This document shows, in pieces, positions 43,101 through 57,636 of a stretch of DNA of 64,000 nucleotides (the first letter of the stretch is position 1; each line of letters begins with the position of its first letter). The position numbers and the translations under genes are program-made. Origin of the DNA: the human T2T-CHM13v2.0 reference genome, Homo sapiens; assembly GCF_009914755.1 (NCBI RefSeq), contig NC_060926.1, one strand, 5' to 3'. Below the pieces are notes generated by a model. That model worked only from the letters and a program-made list of their open reading frames with translations. It had not been told where the DNA came from and ran no database searches.

Positions 43101-45559
43101 TCTAATCCTTTTCATATTTTGCCTAATACAACCCAAAGGTATTAATTTGATTGTGCTTCTTTTTAGTTAAATTGACTGCTTGATTGGGTTATCTACAGTT
43201 TTAAAGACTCACGCAGCATAGAATACTTACTCAAGTATCAGTTGCCAAGGGAGGTGCTATAACATTAATGTCATACTTTACATACTTGCTCCATGACATC
43301 ATAGTATGCTGGACTCATTTACTTCTTTGTAAACTAAAATGTCAACTGTGGTTAATTTTGGGTAGGGGACGTGTGAAGATTCAATTTCTTGTTTTTATTT
43401 TTCTTATTATTTTATTTATTTTACAATGCAAACATACTACTGTTGTTTGTGCATATGTGTGTGAGTGTGTGCATGTGTGCACAGTGTGCCAATTGGGTAA
43501 GAACTTTGTCTCTTTAACTCTCCTGATCCTATAGGGTGAGATGGCATTTCCTTACAAGTAAAGGAATTGGAATCCATGTGTCTGCAAAACTACTGTTTAC
43601 TAAAGCAGGTGTTTTTAGTCCTCAGAAACCTTTCCTACAAAACTGTTCAAAATGGCACAAAAAAATTGAAAAGAAACCTAAAGAGTATTAATTTGTGCTC
43701 CATCTTTGAGGAATGTATTAAGGAGTTTATTTCTGGCATAAGCAATCTGTCCCTGCACAACTTCTATTAACAAAGTGCTGTTTAAGAGTATTCCTAATAG
43801 TTTCCCATCGTAAGAAGACACTAAGGTAACACAAATTTCCAAAAAGAATATGGATTAATTTTACATATTTTATTAATTGTATTCTTTGGTGGGAAAACAA
43901 ATCTTCATTGTTTAAAAATATATTCAGTCAACAAAGCCATTCTTAGGAATAAAATGACCACTAAGTAGTGAAAAAAATGTGGAAGGTGTGTGACTCAGTT
44001 TCCTGAATGTATTCCCCAGATCCTTATGATTTTATTCCTGTGAAAGTCTGAAAGTTAGCATGAGGCTTAGCCACAGACAGAAACATCATTTCAATGACCG
44101 AAACCAGCTTTTTGCTACATAAATAAATTTAAATAAATACTTTACATGTGAATGGAAAATTATCTACATACGCCAGAGCTGGTCACCAATGAAAGAGTTA
44201 TTGCTGTCACAGTGGATCACTCTCAAAAGGGTAGTTATTGTATGTTGGATCAATTCAGAACTTCAAAAAACCTATCTTAAAATTTATGAAAACAGTCTGT
44301 TTATAGTATCATTTTCCTAAACTGGTATGTCTTCCTAAATATCTGCATTGTGGGAATAGAAAAATAATATCTATTTGATTATTTAGAACTTACATGTGAA
44401 GAGTCTTTTCCATATTGATATCCTTTTGCCAAATTAAAGGCAGAATTCAGAAAAAATAAGTATATTATTTGTTTATATTGTGAAATTGTGCATATATATG
44501 CACTGTCTTTTCATGATAAATATGGAAATGAATTAAATGTATTTAAAGATATGAAATCCTAGAAAATGTGCTTCAGGAACTTTGAAGATGAAGATTTTTC
44601 ATGATTGAGTGCATTCATTCCTAGGGAAAAGAACTTATATATGTAATCATGAAGAAAATAGGAATATATACAAATTATGCACACTAAATAGTGCTTTTCA
44701 GACGAAGGAAGAACAATAAATATTTGATAAAAATGCAAATATAAAGCCAGGCAAGGTGCAATTTCAAAATAATTTTTATACTATGTAGTTCACCTCAAGA
44801 ATTAGCCTTTTAGCAAACCATCCTCCCATTAGAAATGGGGGTAGCTGTGGAGGAATGTTAGGAATAGGGAGAAATGAAATAGATTAAAAGAAATTATTTA
44901 TTTATGAAAAATGAGTTACTTCTGCATTTTCCCCCTCCAAAATAATCTTGTGGGTTAGATTTCTGCTGTTTTACTGCAGAAGAGAATGCCTGATAATTTT
45001 AATTGTGTATTAAGTACGATGTTGCAACGAATGCTACATTATTTAACTAATTACTCCTGACACAAACCAAGTTTTGAATGCTAATTATGTTTTTATTTTA
45101 ATGGTGCTTTTGAATTGAAAATAGCGATCTTTATTTAGCTCAGACTCAATGGGTGATGGGAGAGATCATGAATTGTATTTTAAGGCAATGTTGCAACGAC
45201 CACATGTAATGTCTAAGATACAGTGGGTGAGTTTCCTTATGTTTGGTTTTGTTTTAATACTATTAAACCATTAAATTATAATGATGAGTATGCTAGATGC
45301 AAGTTAAATGTTCACACATGATTAAGTTCCATGTCAAACTATGTCAATAAATACCTGGTCAGGTAGAAAATGACAAATATTTCCATTTTAATGAATTTAA
45401 GGCCTGAATTTTAAGCTGATATTCTCTTGCCCACTCTCACATTGCAAGCCTTACACATGTTTACTTTAGAACCGCTTTGGGTAAAAGTGCAAACTTAGCT
45501 TCTTTAGACTCTGCCATTTCATTTATTGCCCTTACTTTCTCCTTCCCATACATTGCTGG

Positions 45560-45630
45560 CTCTCTCTCTCTCTCTTTCTCTGCCTCTATCTGTCTCTCTG
45601 TCTCTCTCTCTTCCTCTTTCTCTCTCTCCC
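45560..45630. repeat. (CT)n-rich polypyrimidine repeat
   Basis: Directly visible. Confidence 0.9.
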
Positions 45631-46242
45631 TACCCCTTCTACATATCTTTTTGGTCTTGAATACAGATATTAATATACATTTGCTAAAGAGTATTATCAT
45701 TAATTTGTAATATCTTAAAAAACTATTTCATGGAAAATTTTAAAGTCATACAAGAAACATATATCTAAAATATATCTAAAGATGTATTTATCTAATGGTA
45801 AAGCTGAGATTTAAGAAGACATTTGGTTAGCAATTTTATAATAGAAAAAATAAATCTTTAATAGAGAAAACATATTTTAAAATTTTATTCATACATTATT
45901 TAAAATTAAATACTGGCATATCGTGTTGAGATTAGGATTGTTATTACATTTGGTTTTTAATGAATTCCTTGGATGGAAAAGTATTCATTAACTGGTAGAG
46001 AGAACAGAGAAGATGAATAAATGCTTTTGTTTAATGATGATGTAATCTCAAAGTTTTGTGAGGTAATTTAAAATTGAGTCATCTTCACAAGTATTTAAAC
46101 ATAGCCTGAGTTAATGTTAAGCTAAATATATATGTATTTGATTAAGATGATTTGTAAGATAGCTGAGTTCTGAATACTACTCTTTAAGACCTACCCAGTC
46201 AACTGCAGTACTTTTTAAAAATTCTCTACTTAAGAAAATTTA

Positions 46243-46549
<307 letters not shown>

Positions 46550-46752
46550 TCAATAATTATTTAAAGTTTAGTTATTTTAAAATACTGTAGAAAAAAATTA
46601 TAGAGATTATAGCTTCTGTAGTCAAGATTAAAAAAAGCTATCATCACTGAGAGTGCAGTTATTACAGAGAAAATATAAGAAATTAATAATTTCTTAACTT
46701 TTAAAAAATGTTTATTTATTTCAAGTATCTGGTCACTTTCCATGTGTAATAA

Positions 46753-47057
<305 letters not shown>

Positions 47058-47237
47058 TTAAATTAAGTTCTTATGCAAACTTGATATTTTTTAATTTTGT
47101 ATAAACATTTGTTTTCTTGGTCAATGTATTTTCATTTAGAGAATATATATAAATGGAACTATTCATATATCACTAATTACATTACTAACATACAAAATAA
47201 TTTTATTGCCTTTTATTTTTAAATAGAAATTCATCCC

Positions 47238-47367
47238 AGTTAGGTAGGGCTCACCTGTAGCCCCAGCTACTCAGAAGACTGAAGCTCACTTGAGCCCAGC
47301 AATTTGAGTCAAGCCTGGGCAATATATAGCAAGACCCCATCCCTACAAAACACTAAAAATTAAAAAA
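47238..47367 (+). mobile_element. FLAM / Alu monomer
   Basis: cctgtagccccagctactcag...cttgagcccag...agcctgggcaa...gcaagacccc. Confidence 0.75.
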
Positions 47368-47758
47368 TATTAATCTTGGTGATATTTTTATGTATATTAT
47401 TTTAAAACATCAGTGTTATGTGGGTTATTTAATAAGATTTCATTGGTGGTAATAATTATTAAAACTTATTATAAAAAACCAATAACAAACACAATGTGTA
47501 TCAAAACTAAAACAAGTGTAATCCTCAAATATTCTCAGTACAGTAAGGAGACAAAGACATGAGAGTTAAAATAATGGACCGTGATGTACCTAGCACTTCT
47601 CAGTGTTCCTTGTTTCTCTCACATCTGTAAAATCTAGAAATTTGGAGATGCTGAAGTTACTAATAATTTTAACTTCAAATTCTTTTACCTTCCATGCCAA
47701 ATTATTGAGTCAAGGTAACAACAGCAATGAGCATGGCTAACGATTATTGAGTGCTTAC

Positions 47759-48413
47759 CTAGCTAATCTAGTGGGGAGGTGGAGAACTTTTGTGTCTAGC
47801 TCAGGGATTGTAAATGCACCAATCAGAACCCTGTCAAAACAGACCAATCAGCTCTCTGTAAAGTGGACCAATCGGCTCTCCGTAAAATGGACCAATCAGC
47901 AGGATGTGGGTGGGGCCAGATAAGAGAATAAAAGCAGGCTGCCTGAGCCAGCAGTGGCAGCCCGCTGGGGTCCCCTTCCACACTGTGGAAGCTTTGTTCT
48001 TTCGGGGTCCCCTTCCATACTGTGGAAGCTTTGTTCTTTCACTCTTTGCAATAAATCTTGCTGCTGCTCACTCTTTGGGTCCACACTGCCTTTATGAGCT
48101 GTAACACTCACCGCGAAGGTCTGCAGCTTCACTCCTGAAGCCAGCGAGACCATGAACCCACCCACCGGGAGGAACGAATAACTCCAGATGCACCGCCTTA
48201 AGAGCTATAACACTCACCGCAAAGGTCTGCAGCTTCACTCCTGAGCCAGCGAGACCACAAACCCACCAGAAGGAAGGAACTCCTAACACATCTGAACATC
48301 AGAAGGAACAAACTCCGGACATGCCGCCTTTAAGAACTGTAACACTCACCGCGAGGGTCCGTGGCTTCATTCTTGAGGTCAGTGAGACCAAGAACCCACC
48401 AATTCCAGACACA
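47759..48413 (+). mobile_element. LTR12 (ERV9) LTR, 5' part of U3 missing, inserted in a MIR
   Basis: ctagctaatctagtgggg...accaatcag repeats, three taacactcaccgc U5 repeats, ends ccaccaattccagacaca. Confidence 0.95.
47819..47933 (+). promoter_or_regulatory. LTR12 core promoter (4x CCAAT, GC/GT box, GATA, AATAAAA TATA-like)
   Basis: CCAAT at 47819, 47844, 47868, 47892; gggtggggc; AGATAA at 47918; AATAAAA at 47927. Activity is not shown by sequence. Confidence 0.6.
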
Positions 48414-48499
48414 ACATGACTTAATTGTTTTAATCCCCCAAATACTCCTATTCTTAGATATTATTATTTTATGAATTAGAAATTAAGGTACAAAATTAT

Positions 48500-49100
48500 T
48501 TTAAATAAATTTTTATTTATACTCGATGCATAGTGATTGTACATACTTACGGGGCAAATATGATGTTCAATGAATGTGTACATAGCATAACAATCAAATC
48601 AGGATAATTACTGTATCCATACATCTCAGTCCATTTGTGTTTCTATAAAGGAATACCTGAGGCTTGGTAATTTATAGGGAAAAAGGCTTATTTGACTTCC
48701 AAGTCTGATGTCTGGAAATGTTAAGATTGGACATCTGCATCTGGCAAGGGCCACAGGCTGCTTTCACTCTTGGTGGAAGGGGATGGAGAGCCAGAGCCAC
48801 CCTCTACAGAGATCCAATGGTGAGAGAGAAAGGGTGGTGGAGGAGGTGTCAAGCTCATTTTAACTATTTTACTAACAGAGCAAGAACTCACTTATTACTT
48901 TTACGAAAGCACCAAGCCATTCTTGAGGCATTCATCCCCATACCTCCAAATATCTCTCATTAGGTTCCACGGAACTTCATCATTGGGGATCAAATTTCAA
49001 CATGAGGTCTGGAGGGGTCAGAAAATAGCACCATCATTTTAAACATTTATTATTTATCTGTGATGACAGCATTCAAAATGTTCTCTTCTGGCTACCTTGA
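48500..49100 (-). mobile_element. L1MA 3' fragment split by an MST LTR
   Basis: aatcaaatcaggataatt...tatccat [MST] catcattttaaacatttattattt...cattcaaaat. Confidence 0.7.
48622..49030 (-). mobile_element. MaLR LTR, MSTB1/B2-like
   Basis: tctcagtccatttgtgtttctataaaggaatacctgagg...ttggggatcaaatttcaacatgag. Confidence 0.85.
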
Positions 49101-49197
49101 GAGGGATGCGGCAAATTATGATTTACAGAAGTCCTACCAGAAAACACTATTTTAGCCAGTGTTAAACTTGAATTTCAAAATTACTAGTTGTATGGAG

Positions 49198-49487
49198 TAG
49201 AAATCAGCAAACTATGGCCCATCGGTTAAATCTGGTCTGCTGCCTGTGTTTGTACAATCCACGAATTAAAAATTGTTGAAAAATAAAAGGGAAATATCAT
49301 ATGCCATGTAAAAATTTTATGGAATTAATATTTCACTGTATATAAATAGACTATTCATTTATCTCTCACCTATGGCTTCTTTCACACTGTAACTGGAGTT
49401 GAGTAGTTGCACCAGAAAACGTAATACCCACAAACTTAATATATTTACCATCTAGTTGTTTGCAGAAAAATGTTTGGTTACCCCAGC
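49198..49487 (+). mobile_element. MER58B (hAT-Charlie)
   Basis: cagcaaactatggccc...aaatctgg; gagttgagtagttgca; tatttaccatct...gcagaaaaatgtttg. Confidence 0.8.
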
Positions 49488-50248
49488 ACAGAGAATGCAT
49501 TAACAAAGATAACTTGGAATATATCAAAAATGTCTGGACCAGGTCCTGGCTCTTAAAGAACAATAACCTGAGATAATTAATGGCAAAATAAATGTGACAA
49601 ATAGCAATGCTATACATGGAGAAGTTAAACTCATAGAGAAAGACAGGATCCCTATGATGAGTTGAGAAATGAATGAGATGTTACACATGGAGTGATGACT
49701 ACATGTATTGTCCTTTCCCCTTTTCCAAACCTCCAAAATGTATGAGAGCATAACTCCATACAGACAAAAAAAATGAGAGAAGATAATAGCTGATAAGAAT
49801 CAACAAAATTTTTGTAAATGGAAAGTGATTTTCAGTGATTATCACTACAATCAAGATGAAACCATGTGTCTGAAGCATAATGGAGAATAAAGAGGTAGGA
49901 TGGCACCCCGGGAAACTATTTGAAAGTACATGTGCAGTGTTAAGGATAAACAAAGACTCAGATTTCTCAATCATGAAGATTTGACTCTACACTATGAACA
50001 CAGAGCCCTCAAAATGGAGGTACTAGACAAATGCAAAATAAATACCAAATAGATATTTCAGGATGGTAATCATAAATACCAAATATGGCCTCTAAATACT
50101 TTCAGAAGTAAGCATTGTAGGCTAACCTTACATTTTTTCACTCCTTGGTGAAATTTTCAAATGTCTAGTTGTTTTAACTAGTTGCCTTATTATTTCTTCA
50201 TTCATTTGCCCCCAACCTAATAGATAATATGCATATATTTATGACTAA

Positions 50249-50595
<347 letters not shown>

Positions 50596-50893
50596 ATGTT
50601 TCATTCTTAGTCTATCAGTTTAAAAATATTGTCACGGCTGCAGTAGAAGCAGAGGAAGAATGCCTATCACTCAGAGATGGAGGACATGGATTGCCTGTCT
50701 TTGCAGAGTCTAAGAGTGTTTTCTAAGATGCATACAGAGTAGCTATACTGTATTACACGGGAGAAATTTCAGAAATGTTTACAGCAGAAAATGACGTGTG
50801 CCTCTTAGGCTACCAAAGGCATAGGCTAGTGTTGGCATTGTTTTTTAGCTACTTAGCATGCTGCCTTCTATTCTAACTGCACCTCAATTTTCT

Positions 50894-51181
<288 letters not shown>

Positions 51182-51789
51182 TCAATTTTCTATTATAGCA
51201 TTATATCTGAACACTTCAAAGTGATTCACACCAGTCAATTGTCTTTATGTAAAATGAATTTCTTTCTCATGAATTTATCTTTAAATACTTATTTGTCAAT
51301 CTTTGAATCTCCAGCACCTATCACAGTTTCTAGTATGCTGTACATACTTAAAGTTTGTTCAACTGAACTATATTTAATCATCCACATGATGAGAGTTTAA
51401 ATCTCTTATTTTAAAAATTAACTGTATTTTATTCAGAGAATGTATGCTGTAATTGTTCCAAATTTTGAAAATGATAAAATTTGTTGTATCATAGAATATG
51501 AGAAATTTCTCTGAACATTTTATGTAAACTCAAAAAGAAGTTACTCTGTGGAACAGAAAATGTGTTAAGTAGCCATAATTCTACTTTATCTTACATGAAT
51601 CTCATTAATGTCATTAAGTATTACTGTGCTTACATCATTTTTATCCAATTTTCTTTGAATTTTTAATCTTTTCTGCTTTAATATCTGTGGCTATGTTGTT
51701 CAGCACATACAACTTTTAAAATATTGTTTTCGTTATCAGTTATACATACAGCTACACCATGACTCCAAATCCCTTTATAATTTTACTTT

Positions 51790-52120
<331 letters not shown>

Positions 52121-52507
52121 TAAAATACCAAGAGAAATGCTGTTTTGTGACCAGTCTGCAAAATTATTCTCACACTAAGTCTGTGAATCACTGAAAGTTT
52201 TGTTTCTACTGACATTTTTGGAGTTGTACATTTTACTTCTAAGTTCTTAGTGAAGTCCTTCCTGAATAACTTGCTATTTGTATTACCTTCATTTTTTGAA
52301 CTTTTTTTGTTTTGGGGTAAGTTGTTTTATTATCCTTGCCATTTTCAACAAGTTGTATTTTTCAAGTGATTTCTTTCTTACTACAGTAAGATGCCTCTCT
52401 TTCCTTAAATATTTAACTGTACATTTATCATAAAAATCAAATTTCCATTGAAATTTAATGGTTTCTGTATGTTGCACTTGTCCCAATCTTTCTAGTTTCT
52501 CCTCCAA

Positions 52508-55046
52508 TTTTTTTTTAACTTTTATTTTACGTTCAGAGGTGTAAGTGCAGGTTTGTTACATAGGTAAACTTGTGTCATGGAGGTTTGTTAGAGATTATTT
52601 TGTTACCCAGGCATTAAGCCTAATACCCATTAGTTATTTTTTCTGTTAGTCTCCTTCCTTCCACCCTCCACCCTCCACCCTCCAAGAGGCCCTAGTATGT
52701 GTTGTTCCCCTCTATGTGTCTGTGTGTTCTCATCATTTATCTCCCACTTATAAGTGAGAACATATGGTATTCGGTTTTCTGTTCCTGTGTTAGTTTGCTG
52801 AGGATAACGGCCTCCAGCTCCATCTATATCCCTGCAAAGAACAAAGAACATGATCTTGTTCTTTTTTATGGCTGCATAGTATTCCATGGTGTATATGTAC
52901 CACATTTTCTTTATCCAGTCTATCATTCATGAGCATCTAGGTTGGTTCTGTGTCTTTGCTATTGTGAATAGTGTTGCAATGAACACATTTGTGCATGTGT
53001 CTTTATGATAGAATGATTTATATTCCTTTGGGAAAATACTAAGTAGTGGGATTAATAGGTGGAATGGTATTTCTGTCTTTAAGTTTTTGAGAGATTGCCA
53101 CACTGTCTTCCACAATGATTGAACTATTTATACTTCCACCAACAATGTATAAGCCATCCTTTTCTCCACAACCTTGCTAGCATATGTTGTTTCTTGACTT
53201 TTTAATAATAGTCATTCTGACTGGTGTTAGATGGCATCTCACTGTGGCTTTGATTTGCATTTCTCTAATGATCAGTGATGTTGAGCTTTCTTTCATAAGA
53301 TTATTGGCCACATGTATGTCTTCTTTTAAAAAGTGTCTGTTCATTTTCTTTGCCCAAGTTTTTATGTAGCTTTTGTTTTTTTTCTTGTAAATTTGTATAA
53401 GTTCCTCATAGACTTTGGATATTAGACCTTTGTCAGATGAATAGATTGCAAAAATTGTCTCCCACTACGTATGTTGTCTGTTTACTCTTATGTTAATTTA
53501 TTTTGCTGTGCAGAAGCTCTTTAATTAAATCCCATTTGTCAATTTTTGCTTTTGTAACAATTGCTTTTGGCATCTTCATCATGATATCTTTGCCCATGCC
53601 TATGTCCTGAATGGCATTGCCTGGGCTGTCTTCCCAGGTTTTTACAGCTTTAGGTTTTACGTTTACATTGAGTTATTTGTGTATATCATATAAGGAAGGG
53701 GTCCAGCTTCTGTTTTCTGCATATGGCTAGCCATTTATCCCAGTACCATTTATTGAATACGGAATATTTTCTCCATTGCATGTTTTTGTCAGGTTTGTCA
53801 AAGGTCAGATCATTGTAAGTGTGTGGTCTTATTTCTGGGTTCTCTATTCTGTTCCATTGATCTATGTGTCTGTTTTTGTACCAGTACCATGCTGTTTTGG
53901 TTACTGGAGCCCTGTAGGATAGTTTAAAGTCAAGGTAGAGTGATACTTCCAGCTTTGTTCTTTTTGCTTAGAATTGCCCTGTCTATTCAGGCTCTTTTTT
54001 TCTTCCACATAAATTTTAAAATAGTTTTCTGCAATTCTGTGAAGAATGTCAATGATAGTTTAATATAAATAGCATTGAATTAATAAATTGCTTTGGGTTG
54101 CATAACTAACCATTTTAATGATATTGATTCTTCCTATCCATGAGCATGGAATGTTTTTCCGTTTGTTTCTGTCATCTCTGATTTATTTGAGCAGTGATTT
54201 GTAGTTCTTCTTGTAGAGATCTTTCACCTCCCTAGTTAGCTGTATTTCTAGGTATTTTACTCTTTTTGTGTCAGTTGAGAATGTAGTTCATTTCTGATTT
54301 GGCTCTCAACTATACTGTTGTTGATGTATAGGAATGCTAGTGATTTTTGCACATTGATTTTTGTGCAAAATTTTTTGATCCTGATATTTCGCTGAAGTTG
54401 TTTATAAGCTTAAGAAGCTTTGGGGCTGAGACTATGAGGTTTATTAGATATCAGATCACGTCATCTGCAAACAGAAATAGTTTTACTTCCTCTCATGCCA
54501 TTTGGATGCCCTTCATTTTTTCTTTTGCCTGATTGCCCTGATCAGAACACCCAAAACTATTTTGAATAGGAGTGGTGAGAGATTGCATCCTTATCTTGTG
54601 CGGGTTTGGGAAGGAATGCTTCCAGATTTTACCCATTCAGTATGATGTTGGCTGTGGGTTTGTGATATACGGCTCTTAATATTTTGAGGTATGTTCCTTC
54701 AATACCTAGTTTATTGGGAGTTTTTAAGATGAATGGATATTGAATTTTATCAAAAGCCTTTTCTGCATCTATTGAGATAATCATGTGGTTTTTGCCTTTA
54801 GTTCTGTTTATGTGATGAATTACATTTATTGATTTGCAATGTTGGACCAACTTGCAACCCAGAGATGAAGCATACTTGATCATGGTGGATAAGCTTTTTG
54901 ATGTGCTGCTGGCTTCAGTTTGCCATTATTTTGCTGACGATTTTTGCCTCGATGTTCATCAAGGATATTGGTCTCAAATTTTCTTTTTCATTGTATATCT
55001 GCGAGGTTTTTATATCAGGATGATGCTGGCCTCATAGAATGAGTTA
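52508..55046 (-). mobile_element. 5'-truncated L1PA (PA11-13-like), about 2.5 kb
   Basis: Antisense ORF2 ([17 protein letters not shown]) and 3' UTR; tctcctcc flanks both ends. Confidence 0.93.
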
Positions 55047-56169
55047 TCTCCTCCCTTTCTTAAAATAACTTTACATATATTAAAATTTCATTTTGTAGAA
55101 TGGAAATCTAAATTTCACCCTAACATAGTTCTCTATTAAATTCATTTCTTTCCCTTTACCATATGATTTATATAATAAAGAAAATGAGAAGTGTTACAAA
55201 GTTAATAACTAAGTGGAAAAGTGAAAAATATAAATAAATGCTAATCTCATTTGTATAAAATTATCAGTGCTTGTCTTCTTCATCCTGATCCTCATTTTCT
55301 TGCTTCATCCTATGCATAGCCTATTCTTCACTTTCAGTCAATTTATGTTTTCACAGGGTTATTCATCAAATAGACAAATTAAAACTCCGGCAAGTCCCTA
55401 GTTTCTTCCTCCTCATTATATCAAAGTACTGCTTTCCCTATTTCTCTGAACTTTTCCCTTTAGACAGCTTCATATTTCCTATTCCCTAATGTATAGATGT
55501 AGCTATAGATATATGGAAATAGATATATTTAAACAAGTCTGACTTCAAAGGATAATGCTGATTGGTGTCACCTTTCAAAGGTCAGAGTTCCACTTGGGAA
55601 GATCCTAAGCGTGGCATTCATTTGATGCATCCTGGTAGTCCAACATCTGGTCTTCCAGAAACATCAAATAATCCTTTCAACAAACATTTGCGAGGGAACC
55701 TCTAGTGCCAGGAAAAGTACTAAACATTGATGATAAAAGGATGGGTAGTTGAACAATTCTTCTGATTTAACAAAGAATAGTCTGATCTCCAGTGTCCAGC
55801 AAAAATGCCATTCTAAAAGAAAGGAGAAAAGACCCATAGTGATCCTTCCAAAAGTATTACTAAAAGCATGGTGGGGGAAGGAGTATAAAAATAACAGCGG
55901 GCAAACAATGAAGCTAAACATGACATTAGGTTGAAATAACAATGAAATATAGAAGTAAAATTTTGCATATAAAATTTCAAATCTCAGGTAATATAAATGT
56001 CAAAGAACAAGGGAAATGTAAACATGTTCTCATTCTTCCCCTTTTCAGGGGAATAATTTTGATGCTGAATATAAATATCTACTTATAACTATTAATATAT
56101 GCATATCTAAATATGGTCAAGAATAACACAAATAGGAAGTAAATACTTACTAAAAATACTTGTGTTTAC

Positions 56170-56495
56170 TAGGTGTGTGATGACTCATGCTTGTAATTTC
56201 AGCACCTTGGGAGGCTGAGGGTGGATGGCTTAAGCCCAGGAGTTTGAGGCCAGCCTGGGCAACATGACAAAACTCTTGTCTCTACAAAAGATACAAAAAT
56301 TAGCCTGGCATAAAGGCATGCACCTGTCATCCCAGCTACCCAAGAGGCTGAGGTGGAAAGACTGCTTGAGGCTGAGGTGGAAAGATTGCTTGAGCCTGGG
56401 AGGTTGAGACTGCAGTGAGCAGTGATTACACCACTACATTTCAGTGAGACAGTGTCACTCAGGGTGACAGTGAGACCCTGTCAAAAAAAAAAAAA
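56170..56495 (+). mobile_element. AluJ-like with internal 24-bp tandem duplication
   Basis: Dimeric Alu; gaggctgaggtggaaaga(c/t)tgctt twice. Confidence 0.92.
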
Positions 56496-56891
56496 CTGCA
56501 TTTATAAACTTGATTTAACAAAGTATAATTAATTAAATCAAAGGCAAAAAAGATACAAAAAAGAAAAATGCAGAGCGTGATAAAGAGAAAATTTATTAAG
56601 ATTGTAGGCATAAGTCCAACTGTATCAATAATCAGAAAAATGTGAATGTATTAAAACAAGGAAAAAGATACATTTACACAAAACAAGATACTTAAAATTT
56701 AGAATCAACACTTCAATTTTGAAAATTTGAAACTGGTTGAAGTGGATGATTTTTCTAGAATAAATATAAACTACTAAATTTTACTCTTAAAAATTAGAAA
56801 AACTGAAAACCTAATATATCAAAAGCTGTAGTGAAAAACATTAAAAGAAAGTAAAAGTTATAATTATCACCATCATTATCATGATCAAGCA

Positions 56892-56893
<2 letters not shown>

Positions 56894-56935
<42 letters not shown>
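56894..56935. repeat. (GT)21 microsatellite
   Basis: Perfect 42-bp dinucleotide run. Confidence 0.97.
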
Positions 56936-56936
<1 letters not shown>

Positions 56937-57305
56937 GAGATGGGTGAATTCTACCTATGTTTTTCCAAATTCTGATAATTTCCTTTTTAAATAACTTTTT
57001 TTTCTAGACTATATAACTCCACAATTCAACAAGAGAAACTAACATAAATCTGATGACAAATTGGTAAGTAAAACTCAGGAATCAAAACCTAGAAAAACAG
57101 ATGCAATAATCATAAACAAAATATTGAAAGTTGACTACACCAGAAGGGAGAGGAAATAAAGAGAGTAAGTTGTGTGTGAAGATGAGATGAGTTGGGATAT
57201 TACTTCTCAAAGAGTTGCCTGTCATAGAGTAGAGATTCTTCCTCTGTGAAAATCCATGCAGATTTTAGGTTTGGTTGGAGGAGAGACCTTAGAACTCAAG
57301 TGTGA

Positions 57306-57636
<331 letters not shown>

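Noticed and set aside
48095-48360. Regularly spaced taacactcaccgc repeats resembling a CRISPR-like array
   Set aside because: Standard LTR12 U5 tandem repeats; the spacers are homologous to each other and the DNA is eukaryotic.
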